Shown here: in pieces, positions 19,639 through 31,400 of the stretch
How positions within the stretch are numbered: the stretch's first letter is position 1
How the letters are laid out: each line of letters starts with the position of its first letter
Source of the DNA: Promethearchaeia archaeon
GTDB lineage: Archaea > Asgardarchaeota > Lokiarchaeia > Sigyniarchaeales > SOKP01
DNA: 64,000 bases
Assembly (NCBI GenBank): GCA_029856045.1
Contig: JAHQWG010000043.1
Coordinates: forward strand, 1-64,000
Direction: 5' to 3'
Translations under genes and position numbers: made by a program
The notes under the pieces: model-generated
Database searches by the model: none
What the model saw: the letters and a program-made list of their open reading frames with translations, nothing else
Told to the model about the DNA's origin: nothing

Positions 19639-20238
19639 TTACTTTTTGCCATTAGGCTGAGAAATAAATTTTTTATAATATTTTCTCCCTTCCCTGAGAT
19701 AAAATATTTTCTTTATATCTTTCATGCTCGTAGAAAACCAGAAAATCAAAAACATTAAACCAAATATAATAAATATTGTTGGGGACAAGAGAGTGATAAA
19801 AAAATAAAAAATGAGATAGATTGATATTAAAAAACTAATCATGAACCCCACCAGGCGCAACTTTGTTCTCTGCATAAATGACTGATCATTCAAGCTTAAA
19901 TGACAATCACAGCAAATTAGAGGTACTTTAACATTAAATTTTGCTTCATAATAAAGACTTTGAACAATTGTCAGGAGTCTATGAATTCTATTACCACACA
20001 ATTGACATTTAATTCTTTCTTTCTGCCGATCTCTTTCAATCAAATCAATTTCCCTCTTTGGAAAAAAACAATCATTATTATAATAATGTTCACAAGCCTT
20101 ACAAGTTAATATCTTCTCAAGTTGCCTTTCTTGATATACCGTTTTATGTGGAATTTTAAAAAATTGATAATAATTATGATTTTTACAAATTGTTCTACCC
20201 TTATTATCAATTTCAAAAGAGGGCTCTATAAACTTCAT
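19639..20238 (-). CDS. Cys-rich zinc-binding membrane protein
   Basis: CKNH, CKAC, CQLC and CCDC motifs plus two C-terminal TM helices. Confidence 0.65.
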   Translation of the reverse strand: MKFIEPSFEIDNKGRTICKNHNYYQFFKIPHKTVYQERQLEKILTCKACEHYYNNDCFFPKREIDLIERDRQKERIKCQLCGNRIHRLLTIVQSLYYEAKFNVKVPLICCDCHLSLNDQSFMQRTKLRLVGFMISFLISIYLIFYFFITLLSPTIFIIFGLMFLIFWFSTSMKDIKKIFYLREGRKYYKKFISQPNGKK

Positions 20239-20489
20239 TAAATATCAAACAAATTCGAAATGATCTTCTAATAAAGAAGTATTTTTTACATATTTATTTT
20301 TTTCCATTTGATTATATTGCTAAAGTTTAAATGAATTTATGCATTGTATTTATTTCCTTTAATATTTTCCTAAGGAATGAATTTTATACCGGATTTCATA
20401 AGATTTAAACGAGTAAAAATTAATTTTTTGAAAAATGATTTATAAAAATTTTTATATAGTCATATTTTTATCTTGTTTTTAGCTTACTT

Positions 20490-21734
20490 ATGAATATTCC
20501 AGATCTATCTGAAAATTTTTCCAATTTAAATAAAAAGGATATTCTCGAAAGAGCAAAGAAATTTATTTTTTCTACAGGGCTAAATGACGGAGCAAGTCAG
20601 CTAAGTAAGACAAATATGGCATATGGATTGGCCCAGTTTCATTATATACAACAAAAATATGGTTTAAACCCAAATGCATTATTTATTTCAACTCCAGATG
20701 AAACAATTTCAAGAAACATATTTCGATGGAATTCTGGAGTTAGTTATGGAGGCCGGCTTAATTGGGGAAACGGTCAAGAAAGAATTATTTTTTTAAATAC
20801 AAAACCCAATGGTTGTGGTTTATTGGTTGGAGGTTTATATGAAAGACCAAGCCCCTCTGAAATAATTAAAAAAATTGAAGATATTAAAAATGAAGAGCTG
20901 TATTTAGAAAATGTTAAACTCAAGTGGGATTACTCTATAGGAAATCATTTTATTGATATTTATCAAACAAAAAATTTATCTGATATTGACTTTCCACCAT
21001 TTATGTTTGTTATTCATGGCTCCGTATCTGAATTTCGTGATGATCACTATGGTTTAGGATTATATATTGATAAATCTAATACATTAAAGGAACATGCAAC
21101 TCTTGTTAAAACACCTTTTGGGAATCAGTACATATTACAAGATAGTTTAGCAAAGGAATATTTGGATTTTCATAATTACGCAATTAATTTTGCTGAAAAA
21201 AAAAGAGAATATATTGGAACGAAAATATTTAATGAGTTTAATATTATATCTAATAAATCCCATCAATTCTTATCTGATTATAATAATATATATTTAGGTT
21301 GCCATTGTACAGATCTTTCAAAGTACAATAATACTCATTCAAATTTATTTCCAATTTGTATTAGGGCAGATATGCCCGCATATATTTTCGAAGGAAAACA
21401 AAATTTTTCTTATACAGTTTTAAAAAATCTTAATTTTCTTGAACTTGCACAGAAATTTGATTTAATAGATACAATGTTAAATGCAAATGTCTTACCTCAC
21501 GGTGCAGGATATGCATTTCCTGATATCGAAAATGTAGAAGAAGTAATAGAAGTTGGAACAAATAGATATTATCTGTGTAGTCTAAAATCTAAAGTTGGCG
21601 CCAAAAAGATTTTCAGAAATCCTAGAGAAATGCAATTTATATATCGGGATCGAAGTGTGATACTTAAAACATTGCAATTAGATTTAGGATCAATTGTGGC
21701 AAGGCTAGACCCTGATTTTATATTAAAGATTTAG
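20490..21734 (+). CDS. divergent RtcB-like RNA ligase-family protein
   Basis: Motifs in RtcB order: PD..., NGCG, GNHF, IHGS, HQ, PHGAG. Confidence 0.65.
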   Translation: MNIPDLSENFSNLNKKDILERAKKFIFSTGLNDGASQLSKTNMAYGLAQFHYIQQKYGLNPNALFISTPDETISRNIFRWNSGVSYGGRLNWGNGQERIIFLNTKPNGCGLLVGGLYERPSPSEIIKKIEDIKNEELYLENVKLKWDYSIGNHFIDIYQTKNLSDIDFPPFMFVIHGSVSEFRDDHYGLGLYIDKSNTLKEHATLVKTPFGNQYILQDSLAKEYLDFHNYAINFAEKKREYIGTKIFNEFNIISNKSHQFLSDYNNIYLGCHCTDLSKYNNTHSNLFPICIRADMPAYIFEGKQNFSYTVLKNLNFLELAQKFDLIDTMLNANVLPHGAGYAFPDIENVEEVIEVGTNRYYLCSLKSKVGAKKIFRNPREMQFIYRDRSVILKTLQLDLGSIVARLDPDFILKI

Positions 21735-21747
21735 AAAAAAATAGTAG

Positions 21748-23862
21748 TTATTCAATTTTTGATCCCAATTTTAAATCTTTTTTTTCATCAATAGTTAAGA
21801 GAGAAATATTATCGTTTTCATCAACAGCGGCTAAAAGCATTCCTTGAGATAAAATTCCTTTCATTTTTTTAGGTTGTAAATTGGTTAATACAATGATCTT
21901 CTTTCCAATGAGTTCTTCTGGTTTGTAGGTCTCAGCTATTCCAGCAACCAGAGTTCTTTGCTCAAATTCCAGATCAATTTTTAATTTTAATAATTTATCC
22001 GCATTTTTAATAGGTTTTGCTTCAATTATCTTGGCAATACGTATATCCAATTTTTTAAAATCTTCATATGTGATAGGGGAGTTTTTTTTAGATTCTTTTA
22101 TCAATTCCTTTCTTACTCCTTTTTGACTTCGAATTTCTTTTAATTTATTTTGTAAATCTTTTATTTCAAGTTTTTGGAAGATAGGTTCTGGTTTTTTAAT
22201 TTTATGTCCAGTTTGAATAGCATTAATGGAAATTTGAGACCATTTAGTAAGTATTCTTTCTTCCTCAAAATTTAAGAAAAATTCAATTTTTTTAGATGAT
22301 AAAGGAATAAATGGTTCTAATAAAATAGATAAGCTGTGAACAAATTGAATGCATATATTTAAAACATGTCCTGCTTTTGCCTTTGTTTTATCTTCTTTAA
22401 TTAAATGCCAAGGTTCTTTTTCACTTAAATAAACATTTGCTTCTCTAGAACAAGATATTATCTCTTTTAATGCCTTTTTTAACTCAAACTGATCAATTAA
22501 ATTTCCAACAACTTTACCAATATTTTCGATTTTTGAGAGAAATTTTTTATCTAAGTTATCTGTTTTCATTCGTGGAGGAACTTTTCCCTCAAAATATCTG
22601 TAAATAAAAGTAAATGTTCGATGGATAAAATTTCCTAAATTATCATTTAAAATATTAATATTATTTTGAAATTCAGACCATAAAAATGAAGTATCGCTCT
22701 TCTCTGGACGATTAAAAATTAAATTAAATCGCCAATAATCTACAGGTGCTAATTCTAAAGCCTCATCAATCCAAATTCCTATATTTCTAGATTTTGAAAA
22801 TTTATCATCCTCAAACATTAAAAATTCAGTTGATGAAACATTATAAGGAAGTTCAAATTTCTCACTTTCGAGTTTATTTTTATTATATGCTATAATTAAA
22901 CCGGGAAATATCAATAAATGAAAAATTATATTATCTTTCGCGATGAAATAAACAGAACGAGTGTTTTTATCATTCCAAAAATATTCAAATTTTGATTTAT
23001 CTCCAACTATTTTTTCTGCCCATTCTTTAACTGCAGAGATATATCCCAATACGGCTTCAAACCATACGTATATAGATTTATTTTCTGCTTCTTTAAATGG
23101 TGCGGGAATTCCCCATTTTAAATCACGAGTAATTGCTCTCTGTGGTAATCCTTTTTTAATTGAATTAAGGCATGATGTTCGGGCATTTGCAGGTATTAGT
23201 TTATTTTCAACAATAAATTTCTCCAATTCTTTCTCTAATTTTGAAAAATCCAAATACCAATGTTTTGTTTTCCTTATTATTGGTTCTTTTCCACATATGT
23301 TACATCGGGGTTCTATCAATTCCACAGGTGTTAATAATTTTCCACATTCTGGCGAATCACATTGATCGCCTCGAGCAGCATCAAATCCACAATGAGGACA
23401 TGTTCCAACAATAAATCGGTCGGGTAAGAACAATTTATCATTATCACAATAAAATTCATCTGTCTCTTTCTCAAAGATATACCCATTTTTTTGAATTTCA
23501 AGGAAAAAATCTTGAACGAATTTCATATGTATTGGGTTATGTGTATCTGTATAATTATCAAAAGATATTTGCCATTTCTCGAAAAGATCTTTGATTAAGT
23601 TATGATTTTTTATTGCTAACTCTTCGGGAGTTATATTTATTTTTTTTGCTGCTACAATAGCAGGACTTCCATGCATATCACTACCAGATACAAATACAAC
23701 TTCTGCACCTTTTGATCTTAAATATCTTGCAAAAATATCAGCAGAGAGAATACTCCCAATCATGTTTCCTAAATGCGGAATAGCATTTACATAAGGCCAT
23801 GCAGAAGTACAAACCCATTTTTCTTTTTTATCGGTGTTTTTCAATTTAATTATCACCTTCAA
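21748..23862 (-). CDS. metG: methionine--tRNA ligase with C-terminal tRNA-binding domain
   Basis: PYVNAIPHLGN (HIGH), zinc knuckles, YVWFEA, KFSKS (KMSKS) and a C-terminal OB domain. The real start may be TTG 23844, after a GGTGA element. Confidence 0.97.
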   Translation of the reverse strand: MKVIIKLKNTDKKEKWVCTSAWPYVNAIPHLGNMIGSILSADIFARYLRSKGAEVVFVSGSDMHGSPAIVAAKKINITPEELAIKNHNLIKDLFEKWQISFDNYTDTHNPIHMKFVQDFFLEIQKNGYIFEKETDEFYCDNDKLFLPDRFIVGTCPHCGFDAARGDQCDSPECGKLLTPVELIEPRCNICGKEPIIRKTKHWYLDFSKLEKELEKFIVENKLIPANARTSCLNSIKKGLPQRAITRDLKWGIPAPFKEAENKSIYVWFEAVLGYISAVKEWAEKIVGDKSKFEYFWNDKNTRSVYFIAKDNIIFHLLIFPGLIIAYNKNKLESEKFELPYNVSSTEFLMFEDDKFSKSRNIGIWIDEALELAPVDYWRFNLIFNRPEKSDTSFLWSEFQNNINILNDNLGNFIHRTFTFIYRYFEGKVPPRMKTDNLDKKFLSKIENIGKVVGNLIDQFELKKALKEIISCSREANVYLSEKEPWHLIKEDKTKAKAGHVLNICIQFVHSLSILLEPFIPLSSKKIEFFLNFEEERILTKWSQISINAIQTGHKIKKPEPIFQKLEIKDLQNKLKEIRSQKGVRKELIKESKKNSPITYEDFKKLDIRIAKIIEAKPIKNADKLLKLKIDLEFEQRTLVAGIAETYKPEELIGKKIIVLTNLQPKKMKGILSQGMLLAAVDENDNISLLTIDEKKDLKLGSKIE

Positions 23863-24017
23863 TTAATCTACAGTAAGAATAACTACAAGATAAATAAAAT
23901 TAATAAAAATTTGAAGTTTATGGTTTATTTAATAATAGAAGATTCAAGATTAAATAAATTCAGAAATTGATTATCGTTTTTTCTAGAAAAAAAACACTCA
24001 TTGAAATCTTTTTTTTC

Positions 24018-25481
24018 TCAAATTTTTTCATTAGGTCCAACTTCGGTATTATTAAGATTTTTCAGTTCAATTGCTCTTTTTGCAAGGATAAGTTTTATAT
24101 TTTCAATATCTTCATTTATTTTACGTTTTGCATATCCCCATAGTATTGCTCCGGGCACACCAATAAAAGTAATAACTAAGGATGCTAAAATATAATTCTG
24201 TCCACTTGCTGAAAGCACAGCTCCTGCAATTAAAGGTCCAGTTCCTTGACCTAATGTTTCTAAAAATTGATTCCAAGAGGATACTCTTCCTTGAGCCTCT
24301 GGTAAATTAATTGCTTGTAGAATTGGTGGTTGATTAATTTGATATATTGCTCGAACTGAGCTGATGGAAAACCAGAGAACACCAGTAATCCAAAATTGAG
24401 GGAATTGCAATAAAAAAAAGAAATTATTGCCTTGTTCTTCAGTAAATCCCGAATCCCCAAAAGGCACTATAAAAATAAATAATTGAGCAATAGCAAGCCA
24501 TATAATTGAAAAAACAATCAGATCAAGGCGGATTTGGATATTCTTTTTACCCCATTCATCTGATTTTTTTGCAAAACCCAAAGAGCCTAGAAATGCGCCA
24601 GGCATACCGAACAAAACTACAATGAATGCAGTAGAAACTGAACTAATATTTAATGGAGGTGTTTGTAGATATGGTAATATTAAAAAATTAAGTGTGCCTA
24701 ATAAGACACAGGTGAATATACCTTCAATAAAAGCAACAATATTAGTTGTTCTTAAAATCGTAGATTTAATTGTTTTTTTTGTTAAACGATAGTTATATGT
24801 AATGTTGTTATCTTCAAGTACTTCCGTTAATACACCTAAAGATCGAAATGCTCTCTTGGGTTCATTGATTTTTAAACCAATTATGAATGTGCTTAAAATG
24901 ACCATTATACCTATACTCCAATAATAAATTTTCCAATATCCCCCATAAATTAAAGCTGATGAGATAATCATACCAATAACTAATGAAATTTGGGCTATTG
25001 AGTGAAAAATTCCAAAAAATTGGGAGCGATTTTCACTTTCAAGATTATCATTAGTGTAGCTCAATAATATTGGACGGATGCCTCCAAGTCCAAATCCCGC
25101 TATCATATTACATAAGAGAAACCATACCCAAGTAATTATTCCTTCACCCTCTGGTGCAAAACCATTCAAGAGATAAGCGGATCCAATTAAACTTAAAATA
25201 AATAGAAATAGATTTTTTCTCGAAAAAAGGTCAGTGAAGTGCCCAATAATCATTCCTGAAAATGCCATTGCTACAAATTTTACTGATACGATTAAACCCA
25301 TTTCAAATGCATGGAATTCATCATTAGGCCACATAATATTGGAGAAATTTATCATATTTAGAACAAAAGCAGCCATTGTAAGAGCAATAATACTATATGA
25401 TAAAAAAATTGGCCATAATTCTTTAACTTTTGGTGCAACTTCAATTTTCTCATCTTTTCGGCCAAATACTCTCCCAATCAT
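24018..25481 (-). CDS. MFS transporter
   Basis: 12-TM pattern with motif A-like GHFTDLFSRK. Confidence 0.85.
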   Translation of the reverse strand: MIGRVFGRKDEKIEVAPKVKELWPIFLSYSIIALTMAAFVLNMINFSNIMWPNDEFHAFEMGLIVSVKFVAMAFSGMIIGHFTDLFSRKNLFLFILSLIGSAYLLNGFAPEGEGIITWVWFLLCNMIAGFGLGGIRPILLSYTNDNLESENRSQFFGIFHSIAQISLVIGMIISSALIYGGYWKIYYWSIGIMVILSTFIIGLKINEPKRAFRSLGVLTEVLEDNNITYNYRLTKKTIKSTILRTTNIVAFIEGIFTCVLLGTLNFLILPYLQTPPLNISSVSTAFIVVLFGMPGAFLGSLGFAKKSDEWGKKNIQIRLDLIVFSIIWLAIAQLFIFIVPFGDSGFTEEQGNNFFFLLQFPQFWITGVLWFSISSVRAIYQINQPPILQAINLPEAQGRVSSWNQFLETLGQGTGPLIAGAVLSASGQNYILASLVITFIGVPGAILWGYAKRKINEDIENIKLILAKRAIELKNLNNTEVGPNEKI

Positions 25482-25570
25482 TATCTATCTAAATATTTAA
25501 TATAATTTAATCTTACTGATATTTATTAAATAATATAAAGAAGGAAAAATATGATTAAATCCATTCGAAT

Positions 25571-26743
25571 TTACATGATTATTGAACCACAGTTTCTACA
25601 TGACTTTGTTTCATTATACATCTTCTTTAAGCAAGGTTCATGGAAATATGCACCACAATTCTCGCAACGGTAAATATCATATTGTCCAATAAAAATATTT
25701 CTACATTGTGAACAAGACTCATCTATCTCAACGACTTTATTTACAGGTATTTTAATCATTCGTGTTGATTTTTTATCTTGTTGATCAATAATTTTAATAC
25801 CAATTTTTTCTTTTGAAATAGAATTAACCATTTTCATTATTGATTGAGGCACTCTCAATAAAAAATAACAGAAAGGGCAGCGAAAAATAGAAACTGCATA
25901 TTCTGATTTCTTTGCCCAGAGCGCAGCGCAATGTAGATGATACGATCGGCCACAAGAAGGGCAATAGCGACCGCTGGCAAAAAAATCCGCACCATTAAGA
26001 GGATTTTTAATTGAGTGGCAAATTTGACATTTTTCCTGACCTTTTCCTCCCATCATTGCTTTAATTTCGGTTACTGTAGGACGTCGTAATTCAACTGCAA
26101 TATCATTCACTAATGGCGGATGATGATTTTCAGATTTATTGGAGGAAAAATAATCTGATGTTTCCTTCAAATTTTTCTTCGAAGCAAATTGTTTACCTGC
26201 ACTAATTAATGCCTTTGAATTATTGAAATAACCAAATTCACCATTTGTCTTTTGAGAATAATTTTTAAGATAGTTTTCCTGATAATGCATACTTTTACCG
26301 ATTTGACACACATCAATAAAAATTCCTAACCCTTGTGCAATATCAACCAGTTTATCAAGATCAGGTCTATCATCTTCAATCTTTCCATCAGTTATGATAA
26401 ATATTCTCTGAATCTTTCCTCCGATTTTTCTCATTTCTTGGACAAGTACTTGTAGAGCAAATTTAATCCCTTCACCTAAATTTCCTTGACCCGAAATTTC
26501 TACATTTTCTAATAGTTTTAATAACTTAGTTTCATCATTCAAAAAAGGACTTATTCTTTTTGTGCCTTTTCCATATGTAATTAACATAATTCGGTCTTTA
26601 GGATCAATTAGAATTTTGGAAGAAATGAAATTCTTTACCGAGTTTAAAGCTACTGTTAATCTTCTTGGTTTAAAATCACTTCTAATCATTGAACGGGAGC
26701 AATCGATGAGGATTACAGTATCTTCGAGTTTAATTTCTTCCAA
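25571..26743 (-). CDS. Ssl1/p44- or Rpn10-like vWA protein with two C-terminal RING/PHD-like zinc fingers
   Basis: LIDCSRSMIRSDFKPRRL vWA start. Fingers CQIC..CPSC..HLHC..CPFC and CSQC..CENC..HEPC..CRNC. Confidence 0.75.
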   Translation of the reverse strand: MEEIKLEDTVILIDCSRSMIRSDFKPRRLTVALNSVKNFISSKILIDPKDRIMLITYGKGTKRISPFLNDETKLLKLLENVEISGQGNLGEGIKFALQVLVQEMRKIGGKIQRIFIITDGKIEDDRPDLDKLVDIAQGLGIFIDVCQIGKSMHYQENYLKNYSQKTNGEFGYFNNSKALISAGKQFASKKNLKETSDYFSSNKSENHHPPLVNDIAVELRRPTVTEIKAMMGGKGQEKCQICHSIKNPLNGADFFASGRYCPSCGRSYHLHCAALWAKKSEYAVSIFRCPFCYFLLRVPQSIMKMVNSISKEKIGIKIIDQQDKKSTRMIKIPVNKVVEIDESCSQCRNIFIGQYDIYRCENCGAYFHEPCLKKMYNETKSCRNCGSIIM

Positions 26744-26883
26744 TATAATTCACTAATTTACAAATAAACCCATATCACTTATTTTTATTCTTACTTATAC
26801 TAATTGTTACGTTAAAATAATTAAAAATTTTGTAAAATTATAAAAATTTTGTAAACCTTCAATTTAGCTAAAAAGATATAAAT

Positions 26884-28251
26884 TTAACGCAATAAATTTT
26901 GAATCTTTTTTATGTGTTGATTTAATTTAATTAATCTCTTTTCATTTTTCTCGTTATCAAATTCGGCAGTTAATATATCCTTAATTTCAAATAAATATTT
27001 TAAAGTTTTTATAAAATCTTTTTTCTTTTCTGCTTTAGTTGATTGATCTTTTGCAAATTCTAATTCTATTTCTTTATTTAAATTTAAAACTTCTAAAATT
27101 TGAAAGGAAATTTTTCCGATTTCAGCTTGCGCATTATATCTTTTAGCATAAACAAGTGCTTTTTCATATTCATTTAAAGCTTCTTGATACGCAGAATTTT
27201 TTTTAGCAACCTCAGCTTTTTTGAGATAAAAATTCATTTTTTGATGAGCTTCTTCAATACTTATTAATGTGCTTTCATTTACAATCTCTATTAATTCTTT
27301 TTTCTCCAAAATCTTTCGAATTTCGAATTCTCTTTCTTTTTTTTTCTGCTTCCTTATATCAAGTTCGTTTCTCTGAAATTGTAAATCTTTACTTAGAATT
27401 AGATTATGTCTAAGCATTTGATAAATATTCCAAAGTATTTCTTCTCTTGGTATAGTTCCTAATATTCGTGCAGTTGTATCTAAAATATTTGGAATAAAAA
27501 AATAGGGTTTCTCCTTCAACAAATCATTACTATATTCAAAAACAGCTTGTTGAATGAGAGAGAAATTATCGACAATATTGGGAGGAATTTGAGCAGATAA
27601 AGTCTGTGGATAAATTAAATTTACTTCAAACATTTTTTCAATCAATTTTTTAACAGATTTAAAAAATTCTAAATTACCGGTTTTTTCAAATTCTTTCAAT
27701 TTATCTCCATAGATCTTTTCAAAAATGTCTACAAAATGTGATAATAATTCTCTTAAATTAGATGAAGCGCTATTATCTAGTATTAGACAGATTCTACAAA
27801 ACTTACCATTTCGTAAAAGAATATTAAAATCTTTATATTGGAATTCATAAAAGTTTCTATCATAGGTATCCTGAGAAGTCCGTTTTTTATCAGATATTGC
27901 TAATTTTTCAGATGAAAATAGAATATTTGCTTGAATAAATCCTGACAATAAAGCTGCATCAATAGGAAAATCTCCAACAGCCATATTATATATAGGAACT
28001 CCATTATTTGAAAGTATTATAATATGCCTTATATTTAAAATATCTTTATATTTTTTCCAAATATATCTATAATTCATTTCTTGTCTTTTTATATCAGAAT
28101 CCTGTTCTAATGTCTCTATTTTGTCAATTATAAATTCTGCATTTTTAAATTTTTTAAATATACATCTTGGACAATAATCTGGATAACCTAGAGGACAAAC
28201 TGATTTATCTACTCCACATTCATAACCTAAAACCAATTTAAAGTAAGTCAA
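26884..28251 (-). CDS. longin-domain protein with N-terminal Cys motif and C-terminal TPR-like helices
   Basis: IRHIIILSNNGVPIY..DAALLSGFIQA is a longin pattern. C-x6-C-x7-CPRC at the N-terminus. YQEALNEYEKAL is TPR-like. Confidence 0.65.
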   Translation of the reverse strand: MTYFKLVLGYECGVDKSVCPLGYPDYCPRCIFKKFKNAEFIIDKIETLEQDSDIKRQEMNYRYIWKKYKDILNIRHIIILSNNGVPIYNMAVGDFPIDAALLSGFIQANILFSSEKLAISDKKRTSQDTYDRNFYEFQYKDFNILLRNGKFCRICLILDNSASSNLRELLSHFVDIFEKIYGDKLKEFEKTGNLEFFKSVKKLIEKMFEVNLIYPQTLSAQIPPNIVDNFSLIQQAVFEYSNDLLKEKPYFFIPNILDTTARILGTIPREEILWNIYQMLRHNLILSKDLQFQRNELDIRKQKKKEREFEIRKILEKKELIEIVNESTLISIEEAHQKMNFYLKKAEVAKKNSAYQEALNEYEKALVYAKRYNAQAEIGKISFQILEVLNLNKEIELEFAKDQSTKAEKKKDFIKTLKYLFEIKDILTAEFDNEKNEKRLIKLNQHIKKIQNLLR

Positions 28252-28496
28252 TTAATCAACCCTTAATTAATTGTTCAGTTATTTTATTTTAACAGTTTAA
28301 GTCTTACAATATTATTAATATTTATTTTTTCTTTTAAATTTAAAGGAATCTCTGGGATTTTAATATAAATTAAAAATTTAATAATTTGTTGCAATACGTA
28401 ATATATTTTCTATTGAATTAAAAATAACAACGAATTTAATATTAATTCTAAAATTTTAAAATCTATAGGAAATTTTAATTTTTATAAATTAAGTAA

Positions 28497-31400
28497 ATGG
28501 TAATACAAGTGAATATCAAAAAATCAAAATTGAAATGTATCTTTTTGGTCATATTTTTAGCATTTTTAATTTTGAATTCTTTGATAATAACTCCTAATAA
28601 TTTAACTTTTCAAAATAATGAGAATTCTCTTGATTCTCCAATTAAATATAAAAAAGATAATCCATCAATCTCCCAAACCGATTTGAACGATCCATTCTAT
28701 GGAGATGGATTAAATCAAACAATAAGGGCGTATATGAATAATATCTCTACTTCAACAATGACTAATGGTTCTTTTAATATCGCTGCTCCCAATTTAAACT
28801 CAAAATTGACCGCTGGTGAATTTAATTTCACATTTGATCAGAATTATAATACAACATACGAAATCGAAGATGATTCTGCATATGATTATCCAATTATTAC
28901 ATTTCCGTTTCAGGATACAACAGAGAATATAATTAGTGGTAATAACATTTCGGGTGGGATAGCGGAGATTACAGATGATAATTCCACATCATACTGGAAA
29001 ATAAATTCTACATCTTCTCCTGGTGTTATTAATTTTACAATTACTACCAATTTTACAAGTTCAAAAGATTCATTCTCTTTTAATTATTATAATATTAGTA
29101 GAATTGATGTGGATTTTACAATTAACTTAACAAAAGATGTTTATCTAACTGTTAAAATTCTGGACACACTTGATAATATATGGAAAAATGTCTCAACGGA
29201 TATTTTTATAAATAGTTCAGATTTAAATCAAAAGATAATAAATCTGGATATAATTAATGAAAACTTAAGGTATATAAATTCTTCTACTGGAAATAGTATT
29301 TTTCAATTTTATTTTAAAAACGCTATAGATAGTTTCAATTTGAGTTTTTATGAATTTGATGCTTTTGCCTCTTCTGTTTTTGAATTACCAATTACCAATG
29401 AAACTTATGTTGCATTGGAGTTTGATTTAAGAGGAAATGCAACTGTAAATGGTTTTCAAGCGTGGATAAGATCTTTAAATTTATCAGCAGCCACTAATTC
29501 AAAATTAAATATATCACTATATCGAGCAAATAGTACAGTCCAAAGAAGCCAAATAACCAGTGATACCACCCCTGCCGAAAATATCTTAATTAAACCAGAA
29601 GACTTTATTGATTCTATTGAATTAATTAATTATACTGATGATTCAGTAGTCAATTTTAGTTTTACTACACCGATAACAAATCTCAATGTAAGTAATTATT
29701 TTTTTGTAATAAAATCAAATATTAGCACGGACGCCTTTCATTTAATGATTTTACCACGGACGGGTCAAGGCAGTGATCCTGATTCGATAAATAATCATTT
29801 ATTACTTAAAACGGAGGATGATGGATCTTCTTGGATAAAATATCAAAAACTAGGCTATGGACCAAACTTTGATGCAAGTCCTTTCACAATTAATGTAACC
29901 AGAGGATGGATGCCTAATGATATTTTAAATATCACTATAGAAAATAAAACAATATCAAATATGGAGATTAGCACTTATCCATACAATGAATCTTCAACAT
30001 ATACTTGGGGTTTAGGGAATTGGACTGGAGAATTTGAAGAACCAGTAAATACATCAAACGGTGCAAAATTTGAGGTTGTTTTGAATTGGAATAAAAATAT
30101 TACATCTCACTTATTTTTCAATGTATCATACTCTGCAACTGCTTATTCATTAGAAAATGCTACTGCACTTTATAACTGCACATATAACAATCTTCCAAAA
30201 TGGGAGTTGAATTATACTTTTAATAATGATAGTAGTTATTTCGTCAATTGGTCATTTTTAGAATTTTGGTATATATATCCTTTATATTGGACTCCATATG
30301 ATTTAATCTGTGCAGATTATAAATCAAAATATGATGCAAATTCTGCAGGAACTTTAATTGAGAATGGTTCTTTCGGTAAATATATTGTTCAAAATAATAC
30401 TATTATAAATACTACAAATCCAAATCATAATGGAAATTATTCTCTAAAATTAACCAGTTTTAATTGTATTTACAATATGACATCTTATCTAAACTTCAAT
30501 AATTCATATTATTGGCCAACTAATGGGTTTATGTTTGGAGATAATGTTTCAGTTCAATTAAATATCCAAGATCATACGGGGGACTCAGTCTATAATGGAA
30601 TTGCAAATGCAAGTCTATTTTTACCAAATGGAACAAAATTAAATATTTGGAATCTTTCTGATTCTGAAGGAATAATTGATGATACTTTAAATGTTGCAAC
30701 TTATGATTTCGATAATTCGAATATTTTTAATTCAACCTTTTTAAACGAAAAAGGTTCTTACACAATTGGTTTCTTTTGGAATAATGGAACTGCAATAGGC
30801 TGCAAAAAGAAAGTTTTCTTTTTATCTGAATACGATTTTAATATAATTGATTGTATTTATGATGAGGAGGAAGGAGGAAATATTTTTGAAGGAAATCTAA
30901 TTAGGGCTGACACTGATTTAAATAATATCTCTCTGTTAATTGCAACTGTTAATGAATCAACGGATATAAATAAATTTGCAATTAATAATTCAATCTCTGA
31001 GCAATTTTCAAGTATTGATAATTTGATTGTAGAAATGACTAATTTCCTTCAAAATGAGACGATAATAAGCCCAGAAGAAGATATTTCCTTTAAGATTACA
31101 GTAAAAAATAAAGATTTATATTTTCCTTTTAACGTAAGATTATCCATTCAATTAATTTCACCCATTAATCCAAATTGGATCATGACTGAAGTGAATACTC
31201 CAAATCAATTATTGAACTTTACAGGAACACCTAATGATTCATATGAATTTAATTATAATATAACTTTTAATAGTAAAAATCTGGATGGGACATGGTATGG
31301 GGTAAATTCACCTATTAGACTTGGTGGTTGTCAAACAAAAGTTAAAATATTTATTGAAGATGAATTTTGTGGTTCTTGGATAAATAATGATTATTCAATT

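Noticed and set aside
26822-26855. Direct repeat TAAAAATTTTGTAAA x2
   Set aside because: Only two AT-rich copies 4 nt apart. Not CRISPR-like and plausible by chance or slippage, though a regulator site cannot be excluded.
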